From a virus (lineage: Duplodnaviria; Caudoviricetes), in IMG/VR virus record IMGVR_UViG_3300025066_000007: a stretch of DNA of 64,000 nucleotides; one strand, written 5' to 3'. The notes beneath the pieces are model-generated. The model did no database searches, was not told the DNA's origin, and was given only the letters and a program-made list of their open reading frames with translations. A program made the translations under genes and the position numbers. This document shows positions 20,613 through 30,764 of the stretch, piece after piece (position 1 is the stretch's first letter; each line of letters opens with the position of its first letter).

Positions 20613-23600
20613 TTATAGCGCCTCGATAATATTGTTGACCTCTAAGATACCAGAGAGGGTATTTGTTGCTGAATTTTCTTGCAGAAGAGTATATCCTCCC
20701 GCTACATCAATTGATCTTTGGCTGATGTTATCTGTGATTAAGATATTTTTAAACGTATTGCCCTGATTTAAGTATGCCACACATTGCTGGTAGCCAACTC
20801 CATCAAAATAGCAATTCTGAATAATTATATTTTGATAAGTGCCACCACTGTCGTTTCCTATGTGAAAGGGCATTTCATTTTCTGCGCCAGTATATGCAGC
20901 GGATGATGAGTAGTCTGCCGCAGCAATAAAGCGAAGGCCGTCAAATTTAAAACGAGCCTTTGTTGCTCCTGTGTTTGTTATGTTATTTGTTACCCTGAAA
21001 ACGGTTCCAGACTTACTGGTTGGCTGACCTGTGATTCCCTCAAATGTCAAGTTGCTTATATCTACTCCATACTGTATCGAGCTAGAGCCTGTATCTGCTC
21101 CTATCAGAACCATCTCATGACCTTGAGCAAGGATGCTGAAGTTGCTAAGGGGGAAGGTAGAGGCTCTCTTGATTATAGAAGTTGGACCTGTTCCGTGTAT
21201 TTTTACATCGAAATTCAAAGTAAGCTTCTCTGTTAATTCATAAGTTCCTTCTTTTACAAATATGCTCGGAGTTCCTACGTCAGGAAACATTTTTGAGAAC
21301 ATTTCTGCATATTTAACTGCACTCTGAAGACTGGCAAAGTGTCCAAATCTTGTATCATTTGATACGGTTATATCCGCTACTAACTTATAATCAAGGTGGT
21401 CAACAAATAGCCTTAAGTCTGTAATCTCTAGGGATGCAAGATCTATGTAGGCCAAATGTGCAACATTTTGCGTGTAAAATGGAGAGATATAGTCTGTTCC
21501 TGCATTTGGATCGACTTCATTACCTATTACTATACATCCCTCTCCGTTTAATCCTACGTAGAAGTTATCTGTAGCGCCATTAGTATGCCGATATGTTAGA
21601 GCTGCATCTCCTAAGTACTCAATTCTTATTCCGTTTACGACTCCAACTCCTGGGTCAATATTTAGAGTAGAAGTTCCATCTCCATTGTCAACAATAGATT
21701 TTACGCTTATACCCCTGATAAGTCCGCTTCCTCGAAGCTCATTTCTTGGACCCTGTATGTATCTTTCTATAAAAGATGAGGAAATGATCGTATCATCAGC
21801 AGTTCCGGTCGTCCTTTTGTCAGTAGTGCTGAGTGCCCCCTTTCCTCCTAAGCCAGCATCAGGTTCTTCAATGACAACTCCAAATTCTGGAGAAAATATA
21901 GTTCTGCAGAGATGAAGAGTGGAAGAGGGAAGTTCATCGAATCCAAAGATAGATGAGGTTAAATCACTTGCTCCAATCGCTGCGATTGACTCATTGGGAA
22001 CAAAAACACTTAAAACTACATAATTCATTCCATCATTTGATAAAACCTTGTACTCTCCTGTGCTTCCAACAAAAACTTCTGGACCCTCTGTTCCGGAGGG
22101 CTCTTGCTTCAGGGTGGCCATGCCAGACGTATCTACTTTTAGAGTATATTCTTGGTCACTAGTTATAAACCCTTGAGTTACGTCTTTTACTGTTGCATAA
22201 AAATTGGACAAAGACATATGTCCGACAATATCTAGTCGTTTTTTAAAGTGTATATTTGCATTATCATCGGCAAATATATCGAGCATCATCAGTCCGTCAA
22301 GCTCTATGAAGTTTAGCTCTGAAATTGGAGCTCCAGATCTAAGAATAAAAACTGCAGATGTCTCTGAAAGAGAGCCTTGCAGCGTAGATGTGAAATCCAG
22401 AGTTATCCTTGTTGCCTCAACCGTTTTTATAGAGTAAGACCCGTCATCATCAGAGTCAGAGGATCCATCTATTACAACTAAGTCTCCGACTCTTATTCCG
22501 CTAGCAAGAAAATCCGTTGCTCCTTTTGCGTTTAATTCAAGCGTTCCTGTTCCAATAGATATAGATTCAGAATTATGGGTAATTACTTTTCCGAAATCAT
22601 CAATAAGCATGCCATTGATATGAACAGAATTTCCGAAAGCTCCCTTTGTCAAGCGATCCTTTATATAGGACAGCCCCATAGCTGCCGATGCATCGTTCGA
22701 TGATGCGTCAACTATTTTTAGACTTCTTATTCGAACGTCATCGGCATGATTTGGAATATTATGAGACAATGCTAGCTCATAACAATTTAGAGCCTTTAAC
22801 TTATAGGCAAAAAAGTTTAACTTATTTTCTGCACAATATTGATTTATTGTTGCGATGACAATATCGAGGGTTTGAACGGTGTAATTAGAGTTGCTTATAT
22901 CAATTTCGTAAGTTGTTTCTTCATCAACTTCTATGGCTAAGGTGTCTGAGGTTCCACTTACTATATTCTCCGGCCTAGCGCCAGAAGAAATAATAGTTGC
23001 AGAGTTTGGAAGGCAGACCTGAATTGTGGGAGTATTGCTGAATCCCAACCTCGGTCTAACAGCACAGTTAAGTGCATTTTCATTATATGTTGTATAGACG
23101 CTCTTCTTAACTCTAGCAGTAGTTCCCGTCGTTAAAGCATTTTTTGGGCCACCGTAAACCTCTACCTGACTGAGGTCTCCAGAGGCGTCTAGGGTTACTG
23201 AAGATATGAGATAATCTGTATTGTCCGAATCTACTGTTGCATTTAGTATCTCCAATACGTCAAACTCCTTTATTTCAGAAATAACAGAAGGACTATTCGT
23301 AAATGAGATAATAGTTTTTGACCCACCTGTTGGAACGGGAAAGGATATTTCCGATGATGCAACCAGTATTGATCCAGAATCAATCTTTTCATAGGCGTCT
23401 ATAGCATCGCCTGTTCTTACTATTCCATTGGAATTTAGATTTAGAATAGATTTTCTTAGTCCGACGCCCTCTAAGTTAACAAGGTCATCTATAGCTCCTT
23501 GGACATCATCAGATGGGATAATATCAGAGGTCTCACTGTTATCGTAGTATAGCTGCAAGGCCTTGTGAGAATTATTTGAAGCAGTTAAGTTTTCGCCAGT

Positions 23601-24167
23601 AAAGTTTATATGGGCATCATAAAGAGCTTCTAGCGCAGCCTGAACTGTTCCAGAGCTGAGCGACAAGGTTGCAATTGCCGAAGCTACAGATTCAGCCTCT
23701 GTTGCGGTAATCGCTTTTGCTTTATGCCTATTTGTTGCTTCAGGATGTATGTGGGCGCTTAGAATCTTATTAAGCTCATCTAGAGCGGCTATAAAGAGCT
23801 CTATCTTATTATCAAGGATAGAAATTTCATCTTGCAGCAGATGAGTAGGAAAATTTAGCCTTAACTTGGATTCGTCTATGGCGGCTACTTTCGAAACATC
23901 TTCATTTGTTATTGGCCCGGACAAAATTCCTGCTCGATCTAGAGCCGACTCAATGATGTTTCCATTATCATCAATTAAATTACCCAGCCTTGCCGCAACT
24001 GTATTTCCCGCAGCACCCTGCGGGTTTATTCCCAATGTTCGTTCGATATTGAAAATAGCAGATCTAATGCTATTTAGGACGTCAGACCCAATTTCTGTTA
24101 TGTTATCTCTTACAGAAGGGATTTCTACAGAAGTATCAAGCTTTCCTGGGTAATTTGATTTAGACAT
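20613..24167 (-). CDS. Tail fibre/appendage protein A (conserved shaft plus C-terminal beta-helix)
   Basis: 1184 aa, paralogous to 24177..29420 from the N-terminus. 'HFASLQSAVKYA...PSIFVKEGTY...IHGTG' marks the start of a pectin-lyase-like beta-helix. Confidence 0.6.
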   Translation of the reverse strand: MSKSNYPGKLDTSVEIPSVRDNITEIGSDVLNSIRSAIFNIERTLGINPQGAAGNTVAARLGNLIDDNGNIIESALDRAGILSGPITNEDVSKVAAIDESKLRLNFPTHLLQDEISILDNKIELFIAALDELNKILSAHIHPEATNRHKAKAITATEAESVASAIATLSLSSGTVQAALEALYDAHINFTGENLTASNNSHKALQLYYDNSETSDIIPSDDVQGAIDDLVNLEGVGLRKSILNLNSNGIVRTGDAIDAYEKIDSGSILVASSEISFPVPTGGSKTIISFTNSPSVISEIKEFDVLEILNATVDSDNTDYLISSVTLDASGDLSQVEVYGGPKNALTTGTTARVKKSVYTTYNENALNCAVRPRLGFSNTPTIQVCLPNSATIISSGARPENIVSGTSDTLAIEVDEETTYEIDISNSNYTVQTLDIVIATINQYCAENKLNFFAYKLKALNCYELALSHNIPNHADDVRIRSLKIVDASSNDASAAMGLSYIKDRLTKGAFGNSVHINGMLIDDFGKVITHNSESISIGTGTLELNAKGATDFLASGIRVGDLVVIDGSSDSDDDGSYSIKTVEATRITLDFTSTLQGSLSETSAVFILRSGAPISELNFIELDGLMMLDIFADDNANIHFKKRLDIVGHMSLSNFYATVKDVTQGFITSDQEYTLKVDTSGMATLKQEPSGTEGPEVFVGSTGEYKVLSNDGMNYVVLSVFVPNESIAAIGASDLTSSIFGFDELPSSTLHLCRTIFSPEFGVVIEEPDAGLGGKGALSTTDKRTTGTADDTIISSSFIERYIQGPRNELRGSGLIRGISVKSIVDNGDGTSTLNIDPGVGVVNGIRIEYLGDAALTYRHTNGATDNFYVGLNGEGCIVIGNEVDPNAGTDYISPFYTQNVAHLAYIDLASLEITDLRLFVDHLDYKLVADITVSNDTRFGHFASLQSAVKYAEMFSKMFPDVGTPSIFVKEGTYELTEKLTLNFDVKIHGTGPTSIIKRASTFPLSNFSILAQGHEMVLIGADTGSSSIQYGVDISNLTFEGITGQPTSKSGTVFRVTNNITNTGATKARFKFDGLRFIAAADYSSSAAYTGAENEMPFHIGNDSGGTYQNIIIQNCYFDGVGYQQCVAYLNQGNTFKNILITDNISQRSIDVAGGYTLLQENSATNTLSGILEVNNIIEAL

Positions 24168-24176
24168 TTCTTATTC

Positions 24177-27100
24177 CTATCCGCAGTGATATGTGCATCC
24201 AACAAATGCTTTTCTATAAGTTTGGCCATCATGCTCAAACTCTAAACAATCATACGTTTCGCTATCTAAATCAAAAGTACAATCACAGGTTATTTTTGCA
24301 ACAGTATAATTATGGAGAAGATCATCATCTTGAAGCATTCCATATCCTGGAATTTCGCATGTAGTTATGTAATCTCCATTTTCAAAATCTCCATTAATAT
24401 TGCAAACCCAAATGCCGCCCTCTCCAAGCGCATTAATAATTAGCCTATCGTCCTTCTTGCTAAGAACCGACACAAAAGATCCTGAAGCATACTCTCTTCT
24501 TTCTCCTGAATCTTCAATGTTAGAGATAACTCCATAAGCCTTTTTATCTTTTCTTTTTGAAGCAAGACCAACAGTTGGAAGTGCTTCATTTATCTCTGCC
24601 TTGACAGATAGATCGAGATTTATATACTCTCCTAAAGAAGAAACGATTAGCCCTATATTTTCTACATTTTTTAATGCTGGGTCAGAATCAGAGCGATGCT
24701 GTCCTGTAAAATCAAGCTCTCCAGGCGTAGCAGTAGAGCTAACGTACGCCTTTGTAGGGTAATTAACTCCATTTGTTGTAAAGTCGAAATAAAGCCCAGT
24801 AGGGGCCCCGATTGGATCGGCAGCAGCAGTATAATATATAGCACAAGCTTCAGTTTGATTACCAGAGTGGGCTGCAAGCTCTATTCCTCTACCACTTTCT
24901 CCGCCTGTCGCCAAAGAAGGGCTGGGAACATTCTGTATCACTGTAAGCTTAGCTCTTGGGCTGGAATTCTCAAGTCCAACGTTTCCGTCCTCTCCAATTG
25001 TCATGCGAGTCTGCGCATAGCCAGAGTCAGTCGTTGAAGCTTTGGTTTTAAAGTGAAGCTTTCCTTGCGAGTGACCTCCAACTCTTTCGTGGGTTATAGA
25101 TGCTCCGACTCGATCGGTCACATCTTGTGAAGCAGAAATTCTAAATCCAATTCCTATTTCGCTTCCTGTATCGTTTCCATATTGAGATATTATAGTGTGA
25201 TAATCTGAAATAGCATAACCGGAAGCATCAGATGCATCATATGCCGCTGCTGCAGATTGAACTGTTAATAAGCCGAATGGGGTATCTGTTCCAACTCCAA
25301 CACGCTGGCTCTCATCAATGACAATAGCGAGATTATTATTTGTATTAAGTTCAAGTTTATGATTCGTAATTGTGCCAATTGTAACTTTGGAATTAGAGCC
25401 ATCATCTAATGCGCGAAATCGTCCAATAACTGTGTTAGAATTTGCATTTGCGCCAACAGACAGGAAGGCGTCCTCTATAACGCTAGAGTCAAACGAAACT
25501 ATAGAGGCTGTAGCAGGAGTATCTCCTGCGTGTAAAATAGACGTTGTATCTGAGGGCCCTCCTCTGTGGATCAAGAGGTTGGGGTGATGAGGCTCAACGG
25601 CGGCACCAATTCCAATTTTTTTGCCAGCAGACAGATTTCTGCTTATTCTATCTCCCCAAAGATGGGTTCCTGCGGCGTCTGGAGTTGGCGAAGACGAGTT
25701 TCCCGTACTATCTGAAGCAGTATTTCCGCGAAATTCTATATTATTTTCAGACGGAGAATCCTCAAAATCAAAAATATGGCCAGAACCAGATACAAATATT
25801 GCGTAATGATCTTCGCCATCAACGACTCCGTCTCCCGATCCTCTAAAATTATTGTTCGTAATGCTTATATTACAGTGGTCGGCTGAATCATAAGAATTTG
25901 TTTTAATATGTGTATTTAAAAATTCACAATTAGAAATACTTATATTTCCAGCTTTAACACCAGATGATGTATCTAGCCCCTGCACTAATATCCCATAGTT
26001 ATATTGATCAAATATAGCTCGATTAGCTCTATCAAAAATTACGTTCTCAATATTAATTGAGAAATTAAGCTTTGACCCTCCATCTTCAATTGTTGGATCG
26101 AAAATTAAGATGCCAGAATGATTGAATTTTAGATCACGAATATTGATTACGCCAGAAATCAATGTATCCGAGTCTCCATCCGGAGCTGATGAGTCCAGTC
26201 CTGCACCGGCAATATACATCCAGTTGTTCATAACTGATTCAGCGTCAATACGATCTCGATCATCGTCAGCTATGTCTGCATTAGCAAATGTTCTAACTAA
26301 GTCCAGAACAGTCGACTCTCCCTCCCCGACTATATTTACAGGAAAGTTCAGCCAGATTCCTCCATCATAAGCTGGTTGAACGTCTGCTGCTTCGCGGGGC
26401 GTATAGTCAGCCAGCGCGAGATCCATCTCTGTGACCACCTGATGCGTTCCGGACTTCAGATGGACCGTTGGAATGCCGGCCTTCGGGAACGCCTGAGAGA
26501 ACCGCTTAGCGTACTTTAGCGCCTTATTTATGTCGGAGAAGTGGCCCATCCCCGCTTGGGGGCTGACCGTAATCGAATTTAAGATTCTTAAGTCTAAATT
26601 ATCAATAAATAGCCTGAAGTCGATGATGTCAATATCTGATCCATCATTTTCTGCAGAAGCCAAAATTGAATAATCATATGGAGAGAACGGACAGTCACAA
26701 GATGCTGGATCTGGAGCTCTGAAGGTGACTTCTCCCCATTGGTTTATTCCAACATAAAACTTATCTACAGATACAGGTGGCCCACCAGTCTCAACGTCTG
26801 TGATATAATCAGATATCTCATCTAACTCAAAACGCTTCCCTCTAACATAGCATACGCCAGAAGATATAGATACGGTATATGTTGTTCCATTGTCTGTAAC
26901 CTGAGTTACTTCCAGGCCCCTGATGACTCCATTGGATCTAGTTTCAGATAGCGGCTCTTGATAAAGCTTATGGAGTACATCCGTTCCTATATCTTTAGTT
27001 CCGATTGATCCCTTTCTTAGCTTTCCAAATGGACGAGGATAATCTCCTCCGGCTCCGGTAATTCTTGAGTTTCCAGCTTCATACAAAACCCTTCCAAGCA

Positions 27101-29420
27101 AGAGGTTCTCTTCTTCATTTAGTCCGGAATAGCCATAAAGGCTTATGGTGAAATCAGATGCATCCGCAATAATCTTTGAGGCTATTGAGTCAGAATCTTT
27201 GATAAAAATAGATAAGGATAAGTTATACTTTCCGGAGTGTATAGTTACATATTCTGATTTAATATTTGTAAACTTAAATACTTCTCCGGAATCTAGACTC
27301 AATCCTATCTCTAAATCACTTGGATCAGCCGAGATCTTCTGAATAGAAAGTTCACCGGGAGTTGATTTGGCGTACGGAGTTATGTCTCCTGAGAAATCTG
27401 CAATTGCAACTAGATTCTCAGATCCAAGGTATGTCTGATACCCATATGACAGCCTTTCTTTATAGAAAATTGAGCGGCTATCTCTATCCATAAGGACATC
27501 TACGATAGACGCAGAGGAATCGCCTCCCGGCAAGACCTTAAACGCCATTTCGTTCAAAGAGACTGAGTTTCTATAAATCGTAAATAATGTATCATTACTG
27601 GTTACGCTTGACCACTGATTGCTTGGAAGCTGAGTTCTATCTACAGCGAAAGAAGAAGTGCTTACATCTAATATTACATAAGTTCCGTCATCACCAGCTG
27701 ATTCTGATATTACAAGAATATCTCCATTTCTAACGCCTATTGCCTCGAAGTCTATAGAGCTAGAGGATACAGATGCGGTTCCAGACAAAAGAACTAATCC
27801 GAAGGCAGAAAGCTTTGTGCTCAAGCCTGTAAAGTCTTTTCCTTGAATTGAATATTGGGTTCCTATTTCCGAAGTTACCGTTAGGCCCTCAACGCCAGAG
27901 AGGCCAATGGATCCTATTGCGTCATCGGAGCCCTTTGAGATCTTTATTGTATGCTCTTCCGTTGTGGAGCTTGGAATGGAGTGAATTAACGCAATTTCTG
28001 ATGCCCTACCTGCGTCAAAGTCTACTCGATAAGCCGTTACACTCATTCTGTTTTCTGCAAATTGAGCGTTAAAAGCTTTAGCAATAGAATCAATAGACTG
28101 GCTATCTCCAGTCAGAGCAAGAGCTCCATCATAGAGGTCCACTTCTACGCTCGATGCACCATCTAAAGATATCTTAAGATATCTGTTCGTTAGACTGATT
28201 TCTGCTGGACGAATTCCGTTAGTAATTACGTTTGCAGAATTTGGGTTTGAAATCTGAATAACATCTGCATTACTATAAGAGATAAGCCCAGAAGACTGGT
28301 ATTCTCTTGCGGCAAGTAGGAGCCCAACTGGCTCGGACTCTCTGTTCCTATTTCGGTAGACTTTAGCGGTAGTTCCAGTTTCAGAAGAGGCAGAGAAAGA
28401 TCCGTAGATGTCAATGCTTTCCAGAGTTTTTCCGTCAATAGATAAGTTCGCTCTTAAAATTTGGAAAGAAGAAGTTTCTCCGGAAATAGTAATTTCTAAA
28501 ATATCAGAAGCCTCTATGGATAGACTTGGGGCATCAGGAGAGTCTAGAAGTAGTACATTAGAAATGAAGCTATCTGCATCAGTATTTGATTTCTGGTATG
28601 AAACATCTTCTTCGCCCAGAAGGAGGATTCCCTTTGTAGGGGTTGAAACATCTGATAAGACATTTGATCTTAATACTGAATTTGCATGATATAGATTCTG
28701 ATGATTATCGACCTGTCCTTCGACCAAGTCAACAATTTCCTCTATTACCTCTTGAACGTCATCTCCGCTAATAGAAGCAGAAACATTTTCATTATCAAAG
28801 TATAGCTGCGAACTTGTATGGGACCTGTTTGCCGAGGTTATATCTGTACCGCTATAATTAATGTGCGAATCATACAGCTGTTGAAAAGCTTCTTGCGCAG
28901 TAACTTCTTTTGAAGTTGTTATTCCGATATCTGATGGAGCGCTTAGTATCTCTTCGACAACTATTGCCTTGCCCTTATGCCTATTCGTAGCTGAAGGGTG
29001 GACGTGAGTGGCATATAAAGCGCTTAGCTCATCTATTACAGACTCTAGCAAGCCCAACTGCAAGTCTAGCTGAGAAATCTCATCTTGCAATAATTTAGTG
29101 GGAAAGTTTAAGCGTAATTTGGACTCTGCAATAGCAGCTGCCTTCGATACATCCTCGTTAGAAATAGGCCCAGATAATAGGCCAGCCTTATCTAACGCCT
29201 CGGATAAAATGTTTCCATTTCCATCTAGAGCCTTCTCCAGCCTTCCGGCTACGGAATTTCCTGCAGCGCCCTGCGGATTTATGCCTAATGTCCTTTCTAT
29301 CTGAAATATAGCAGAACGAAGACTATTAAGCACATCGGATCCGATCTCTATGATGTTATCTCTAACGGCAGGGATTTCTATTGATGTGTCCAGTTTATTT
29401 GGATAGTTTGATTTCGCCAT
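24177..29420 (-). CDS. Tail fibre/appendage protein B (shaft, beta-helix, C-terminal FTGQH-type autoprocessing chaperone-like domain)
   Basis: 1747 aa with an N-terminus nearly identical to fibre A. The beta-helix starts at 'HFSDINKALKYA...TVHLKSGTH'. The C-terminus reads 'DFTGQHR...INALGEGGIWVCNINGDFENGDYITTCEIPGYGMLQDDDLLHNYTVAKITCDC'. Confidence 0.62.
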   Translation of the reverse strand: MAKSNYPNKLDTSIEIPAVRDNIIEIGSDVLNSLRSAIFQIERTLGINPQGAAGNSVAGRLEKALDGNGNILSEALDKAGLLSGPISNEDVSKAAAIAESKLRLNFPTKLLQDEISQLDLQLGLLESVIDELSALYATHVHPSATNRHKGKAIVVEEILSAPSDIGITTSKEVTAQEAFQQLYDSHINYSGTDITSANRSHTSSQLYFDNENVSASISGDDVQEVIEEIVDLVEGQVDNHQNLYHANSVLRSNVLSDVSTPTKGILLLGEEDVSYQKSNTDADSFISNVLLLDSPDAPSLSIEASDILEITISGETSSFQILRANLSIDGKTLESIDIYGSFSASSETGTTAKVYRNRNRESEPVGLLLAAREYQSSGLISYSNADVIQISNPNSANVITNGIRPAEISLTNRYLKISLDGASSVEVDLYDGALALTGDSQSIDSIAKAFNAQFAENRMSVTAYRVDFDAGRASEIALIHSIPSSTTEEHTIKISKGSDDAIGSIGLSGVEGLTVTSEIGTQYSIQGKDFTGLSTKLSAFGLVLLSGTASVSSSSIDFEAIGVRNGDILVISESAGDDGTYVILDVSTSSFAVDRTQLPSNQWSSVTSNDTLFTIYRNSVSLNEMAFKVLPGGDSSASIVDVLMDRDSRSIFYKERLSYGYQTYLGSENLVAIADFSGDITPYAKSTPGELSIQKISADPSDLEIGLSLDSGEVFKFTNIKSEYVTIHSGKYNLSLSIFIKDSDSIASKIIADASDFTISLYGYSGLNEEENLLLGRVLYEAGNSRITGAGGDYPRPFGKLRKGSIGTKDIGTDVLHKLYQEPLSETRSNGVIRGLEVTQVTDNGTTYTVSISSGVCYVRGKRFELDEISDYITDVETGGPPVSVDKFYVGINQWGEVTFRAPDPASCDCPFSPYDYSILASAENDGSDIDIIDFRLFIDNLDLRILNSITVSPQAGMGHFSDINKALKYAKRFSQAFPKAGIPTVHLKSGTHQVVTEMDLALADYTPREAADVQPAYDGGIWLNFPVNIVGEGESTVLDLVRTFANADIADDDRDRIDAESVMNNWMYIAGAGLDSSAPDGDSDTLISGVINIRDLKFNHSGILIFDPTIEDGGSKLNFSINIENVIFDRANRAIFDQYNYGILVQGLDTSSGVKAGNISISNCEFLNTHIKTNSYDSADHCNISITNNNFRGSGDGVVDGEDHYAIFVSGSGHIFDFEDSPSENNIEFRGNTASDSTGNSSSPTPDAAGTHLWGDRISRNLSAGKKIGIGAAVEPHHPNLLIHRGGPSDTTSILHAGDTPATASIVSFDSSVIEDAFLSVGANANSNTVIGRFRALDDGSNSKVTIGTITNHKLELNTNNNLAIVIDESQRVGVGTDTPFGLLTVQSAAAAYDASDASGYAISDYHTIISQYGNDTGSEIGIGFRISASQDVTDRVGASITHERVGGHSQGKLHFKTKASTTDSGYAQTRMTIGEDGNVGLENSSPRAKLTVIQNVPSPSLATGGESGRGIELAAHSGNQTEACAIYYTAAADPIGAPTGLYFDFTTNGVNYPTKAYVSSTATPGELDFTGQHRSDSDPALKNVENIGLIVSSLGEYINLDLSVKAEINEALPTVGLASKRKDKKAYGVISNIEDSGERREYASGSFVSVLSKKDDRLIINALGEGGIWVCNINGDFENGDYITTCEIPGYGMLQDDDLLHNYTVAKITCDCTFDLDSETYDCLEFEHDGQTYRKAFVGCTYHCG

Positions 29421-29480
29421 TAATTTAATCCACTTGATTCCATTATAATTACTTCATGTAATTAAGTTTAATTAGTAATA

Positions 29481-29945
29481 TTATGGCGATGTAGATATAG
29501 CGAGGTCTGTAGCGCCATCCGCCAGAAGGAAAGACCCAATAGTTAGAGCAACTCCTAAAGATAAAAATCCTATATTTTCTACAGTTTGCAGCCGATCTCT
29601 CTTTCTATATTTATCAAGAAGATTTCGATCTAAAAGTTGAAGATCTTTATATCTGCTAATTTGACTTAGGTAAAATCCTTCATTTAATACGTAAAAATCA
29701 ATTTGCTGTAGCCTAACCTCTTCAAGCTCCTTGTACTTGTTGAGCTCTTTGGAGGCTGCGGCTAAATCTTTCTCTAAGTCTTCAATTTGTTTCTTTAGGT
29801 TGGTTGCCTCAGCAATCGTAAAAACATAAGACTCCTCTTCCAGCACTGCTCCTGCTGGACGAATGTCTCCGGCATAGCTGTTATTAGCAAGAGATAAAAA
29901 TGCGAAAAAAATTATGCAGCAAAATAAAGGAAGCTTTTTTATCAT
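29481..29945 (-). CDS. Exported coiled-coil protein with C-terminal TM helix (spanin-like)
   Basis: Signal peptide MIKKLPLFCCIIFFAFLSLANNSYA, then a coiled coil, then hydrophobic C-terminus GFLSLGVALTIGSFLLA. Confidence 0.5.
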   Translation of the reverse strand: MIKKLPLFCCIIFFAFLSLANNSYAGDIRPAGAVLEEESYVFTIAEATNLKKQIEDLEKDLAAASKELNKYKELEEVRLQQIDFYVLNEGFYLSQISRYKDLQLLDRNLLDKYRKRDRLQTVENIGFLSLGVALTIGSFLLADGATDLAISTSP

Positions 29946-30136
29946 AACTGAATTTCAATGTCTCCAAGAAATGGGCCTTCTTCGACTAGCTCCGGATCAA
30001 TTAGGCCCGAAAACTCTTTGATATCAATCAGCAAATGATCTTTCGAGCGAATACTTCCCGCTAAGGCGATTAATCGATCTTTAATCTCTCCGTCTTTAGC
30101 ATAATCTATTAAAAAAGTTATTTTATCTATCATCAA
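29942..30136 (-). CDS. Small hypothetical protein
   Basis: 64 aa, overlapping both neighbours by 4 nt (translational coupling). Confidence 0.6.
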   Translation of the reverse strand: MMIDKITFLIDYAKDGEIKDRLIALAGSIRSKDHLLIDIKEFSGLIDPELVEEGPFLGDIEIQL

Positions 30137-30525
30137 AGTCCTCTGCTATCGAAAAATTCGTCAAGCTCTTCATTCGAAACTTCTTTTGGAGCCTCCTCCC
30201 TTTCGGCTTCGGAAATTTCGGCTATCTCCTTTTTTATTCTGTCAGCTTTCTCTTTCAGACTTAGAAGTTTTTCACTGTTTTTTTTAACTTCACTTGCAGC
30301 TTTTTCAATCTCAATTTCCTTACGTACCTTTTTCAGCTCTACTTCTAAGATGCCCTTTGTATTAGCTTTTTTGCTAAAAACAAAAAATAAAATAGCTCCA
30401 AGTATTCCAAATAATGCTCCAAAGAATATCTTAATTTTTAGTCCAAGATTTTTAAACCATTCAAAAACAGGGTTTGGGGCTTTTTTCTTACTCATCTTTG
30501 CCTTCTTTCTTTTCCTCTGTAACAA
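30133..30525 (-). CDS. Membrane-anchored coiled-coil protein (i-spanin-like)
   Basis: Basic N-terminus, TM segment IKIFFGALFGILGAILFFVFS, coiled coil. The start is probably the internal MSKKK. Confidence 0.5.
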   Translation of the reverse strand: MLQRKRKKAKMSKKKAPNPVFEWFKNLGLKIKIFFGALFGILGAILFFVFSKKANTKGILEVELKKVRKEIEIEKAASEVKKNSEKLLSLKEKADRIKKEIAEISEAEREEAPKEVSNEELDEFFDSRGL

Positions 30526-30748
30526 ACTTCTTATCTGTCCAGCGCCTTGTTACATATGCAGTGAAGGTTGCTGCCAAATAAGCAGTCATAGTTGCGGCCT
30601 CCATAGATGCAAACTTTATCTCAAAAGAATTATACGTTATATTTCCGAATGTAGCCAGTAAAATGTTAAGAGTAACTACTAGAAATGCAAAAAAAGCAAA
30701 GGTTAACATTGCATCCTTCTTGCCTGATGTATTTTTTATCCAAAGCAT
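30488..30748 (-). CDS. Holin-like two-TM membrane protein
   Basis: 86 aa with two hydrophobic helices and a highly charged C-tail (RRWTDKKFVTEEKKEGKDE). SD AAGGAG lies upstream. Confidence 0.55.
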   Translation of the reverse strand: MLWIKNTSGKKDAMLTFAFFAFLVVTLNILLATFGNITYNSFEIKFASMEAATMTAYLAATFTAYVTRRWTDKKFVTEEKKEGKDE

Positions 30749-30764
30749 GATATTATCTCCTTGG

